Positions 61,921 to 64,000 of a DNA stretch of 64,000 bases are shown in pieces. The translations under genes were made by a program, and so were the position numbers. Source of the DNA: Pseudogymnoascus verrucosus (Eukaryota); assembly GCA_001662655.1 (NCBI GenBank), contig KV460214.1, one strand, 5' to 3'. Position 1 is the stretch's first letter. Each line of letters begins with the position of its first letter. Below the pieces are notes generated by a model that made no database searches, was not told the DNA's origin, and saw only the letters and a list, made by a program, of their open reading frames with translations.

Positions 61921-62824
61921 CTATAACTTATGTCTCTTCTCTCCACTTGCGAGCTTCCTGAACTCCGCCTGTGGAATCCCAGAAACGAATCTCTCCAGGC
62001 CACCGAAAACCTCAGCCACTCCCTGCGCGTCCAGCCTATCCCTCATCGGCTTCTGGATGAGCGCCTTGATCTTAGTCAAGCTGGAACCGACAAGGTGGTC
62101 ACCCATGCTATCGTCGATCTCGGCCAGAACGGCCTCGAGGAACTTGGGGTCACCCTTCTTGAAATCAAACACCTTGTTGACGTACCCGGTGGAAACCAAG
62201 TCATCGATGCCGATTCTCTTGCTCAGAATGAGGGCCTCATTGGCCTTACTGATACCGAGGCGCTGCACAAACCCAATAGAGCTACCACCCTCGGCGACTA
62301 AGCCGATAGATGAGAATGGCGTGAGGAGGAAGGTGTTTGGGGTTGCGTAGATGAAATCCGCGAATCCGGTCAGGGCGGCGGAGAGGCCAATGGCGGGGCC
62401 ATTGAGGGCGACGACGAGGAGTTTTGGGTGAGAGTAGAAGGCGTGGGTGATGTTGAGGTTGTTGGAGACGAAACCGCTCAGAGTACTGCGGTAGAGATCG
62501 GTTCCTGGAGGGAGTTCACGACCAATTGTGACGTCCGCGCCGCTGCGAGCATGTTAGTGACTTTGCTTCTCAAGCATCTAGGCCATTCGCAAGTTTGATC
62601 TTGAGGCATGGTTGAGTTGGAGGAGCTCACGCAGAGAAGAATCCTCCGGTTCCTGTTAACACTGTGATGATAACCTCGTCATGTGTTGCTACCTCACGCA
62701 TATACTTGGCTAGCAGGTAATATCCATCGCCGTCCAATGCACCCAGCTTCTTCTTGTTATCGATAGTGATAATTGCAATGCGTCCCTTGTACTCCACTCT
62801 CACAGTGTCATTTGCTCCTGCCAT
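61921..62824 (-). CDS. ECI1: Peroxisomal delta3,delta2-enoyl-CoA isomerase (crotonase fold), 1 intron
   Basis: GTGGFFSA/GADV, ALNGPAIGLSAAL, PFSSIGLVAEGGSS; C-terminal HKL (PTS1-like). Confidence 0.92.
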
Positions 62825-63291
62825 TGTGACTGTTTATGGTATGGTATTCGAGTAGAGTTTAACAAAAAGATTACAGTTTGGTACAGAAATACAAGTCGTT
62901 GGAGAAAAATAATGTATGAAAGAAGAAAACGCTTATATGATTACATTCAGCGACTCTTATATTCCAGCCGCCCAAGCCCATGGATGATCACCCACAGACT
63001 AAGTTCCATAGATCGTGTGGGGTAGCTTTGGTACAGCCGGGCGAAAGCCGAGGCATGATTTCGTAAACTGACAGTAAGCTGACAGGCGGCTATCTTAGTT
63101 ACATCACGTGCTTATTATAACGTGATCTGCTACACGTGACTGATAACTACTTCTCCGAAATGGATCGGCAAGTACCGTTCTATCGAGACGACATTATTCA
63201 ATCACCATACAACGAGCGCAGCAACCCCCCTCATTACCCTGAGAAATTGATAGCAAGGCTTCACGCCAGTCACCCCCTCATACTGCCAGCC

Positions 63292-63634
63292 ATGGCTGGT
63301 CCAAATTTGGAAGTTTTCAAGGTCAGTTTCACTCTCTAATTCACTGGGGCGGTGGTCCTCGAACCCGCCATCTCCGCCCGCCAGCTTTTACTTACTATTA
63401 CCCCAGTTCGGCATGTACATCATGTTCCCAATCGGAATCATGTTCTACTACGGCCACAACCTCGACAGGCGCTTCCAAGTCCCTGACTTCTGGCCGAAAC
63501 CCGAACAGACACATAAGATTCCCTTCGAGCGCGATGAGATCAAGAGCGAGTTAGATCGACTACGGGCGAAGAGGTTATATCTCAGAGAGCAGAGGTTGAA
63601 GAGAGAGCAGGCTCTCAACCAGAACCAGGAGTGA
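63292..63634 (+). CDS. PET100: Cytochrome c oxidase assembly factor Pet100, 1 intron
   Basis: MAGPNLEVFK/FGMYIMFPIGIMFYYG..FQVPDFWP..IPFERDEIKSEL. Confidence 0.92.
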
Positions 63635-64000
63635 TGGATGTCTGAGTAAGAGTGTGATGAGGGGAGGGAACTTCGAACCCGGGCGAGGCGGATGGGATGG
63701 GAAACATTGTATATCACAGGAAGAGAACGGGCTGCATAACGGATTTGATCGTCAGAATGCATTGCATGGGTGTTGGAGTTTATGGACAAGGAATCGCCTC
63801 ACAGAGCTCGCAAAATGGAGATTGTAGTAACGGAATGATGTATGAAGTAGGCTGTCACAAATATAATCTTCAGAGAAACGATATTACCAGACTTCCTGTA
63901 TAATGTGCAATAAACCACTAACGAACCGGCTGGAGTATGTATGGCATGTCTTGGGGACAATTGGGTGTTTTGGCTACCCCCATTTTATCTCTCTATTGAA

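Overview
Gene-dense, intron-containing genomic DNA from a filamentous ascomycete. GT-AG introns with CTAAC branch points support this; a Leotiomycete-like placement is only my impression. About 30 mostly conserved housekeeping genes are recognisable: PET127 (cut by the left edge), MTO1, an SDR, ADI1, PLP1-like, VRG4, ABZ1, PRE5, VPS55, LOG, CLPTM1, SEC22, an ASXH/DEUBAD protein, glucosidase I, SNRNP27, ELP5, MSO1, MAK16, MSS1, MMtag, GYP7, MED6, a sacsin-like GHKL/HExxH giant, CDC123, CWC21, ECI1 and PET100. Two accessory-looking islands interrupt them. (1) At ~24.9-28.9 kb there is a secreted Kex2-processed repeat precursor that could release ~11 amphipathic peptides, followed by a 67-aa secreted peptide gene. 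(2) At ~43-47.3 kb there is a 55-aa ORF with two GRGGYN motifs (missed by the ORF track), a GATA/SreA-like palindrome, an orphan C2H2-like gene and a 98-bp-arm ungapped foldback. There is also a ~62-bp non-coding tandem array at ~19.8-20.25 kb. No rRNA, tRNA, CRISPR array or autonomous transposon was seen. Gene names come from remembered motifs, not database searches, and exon boundaries are approximate.
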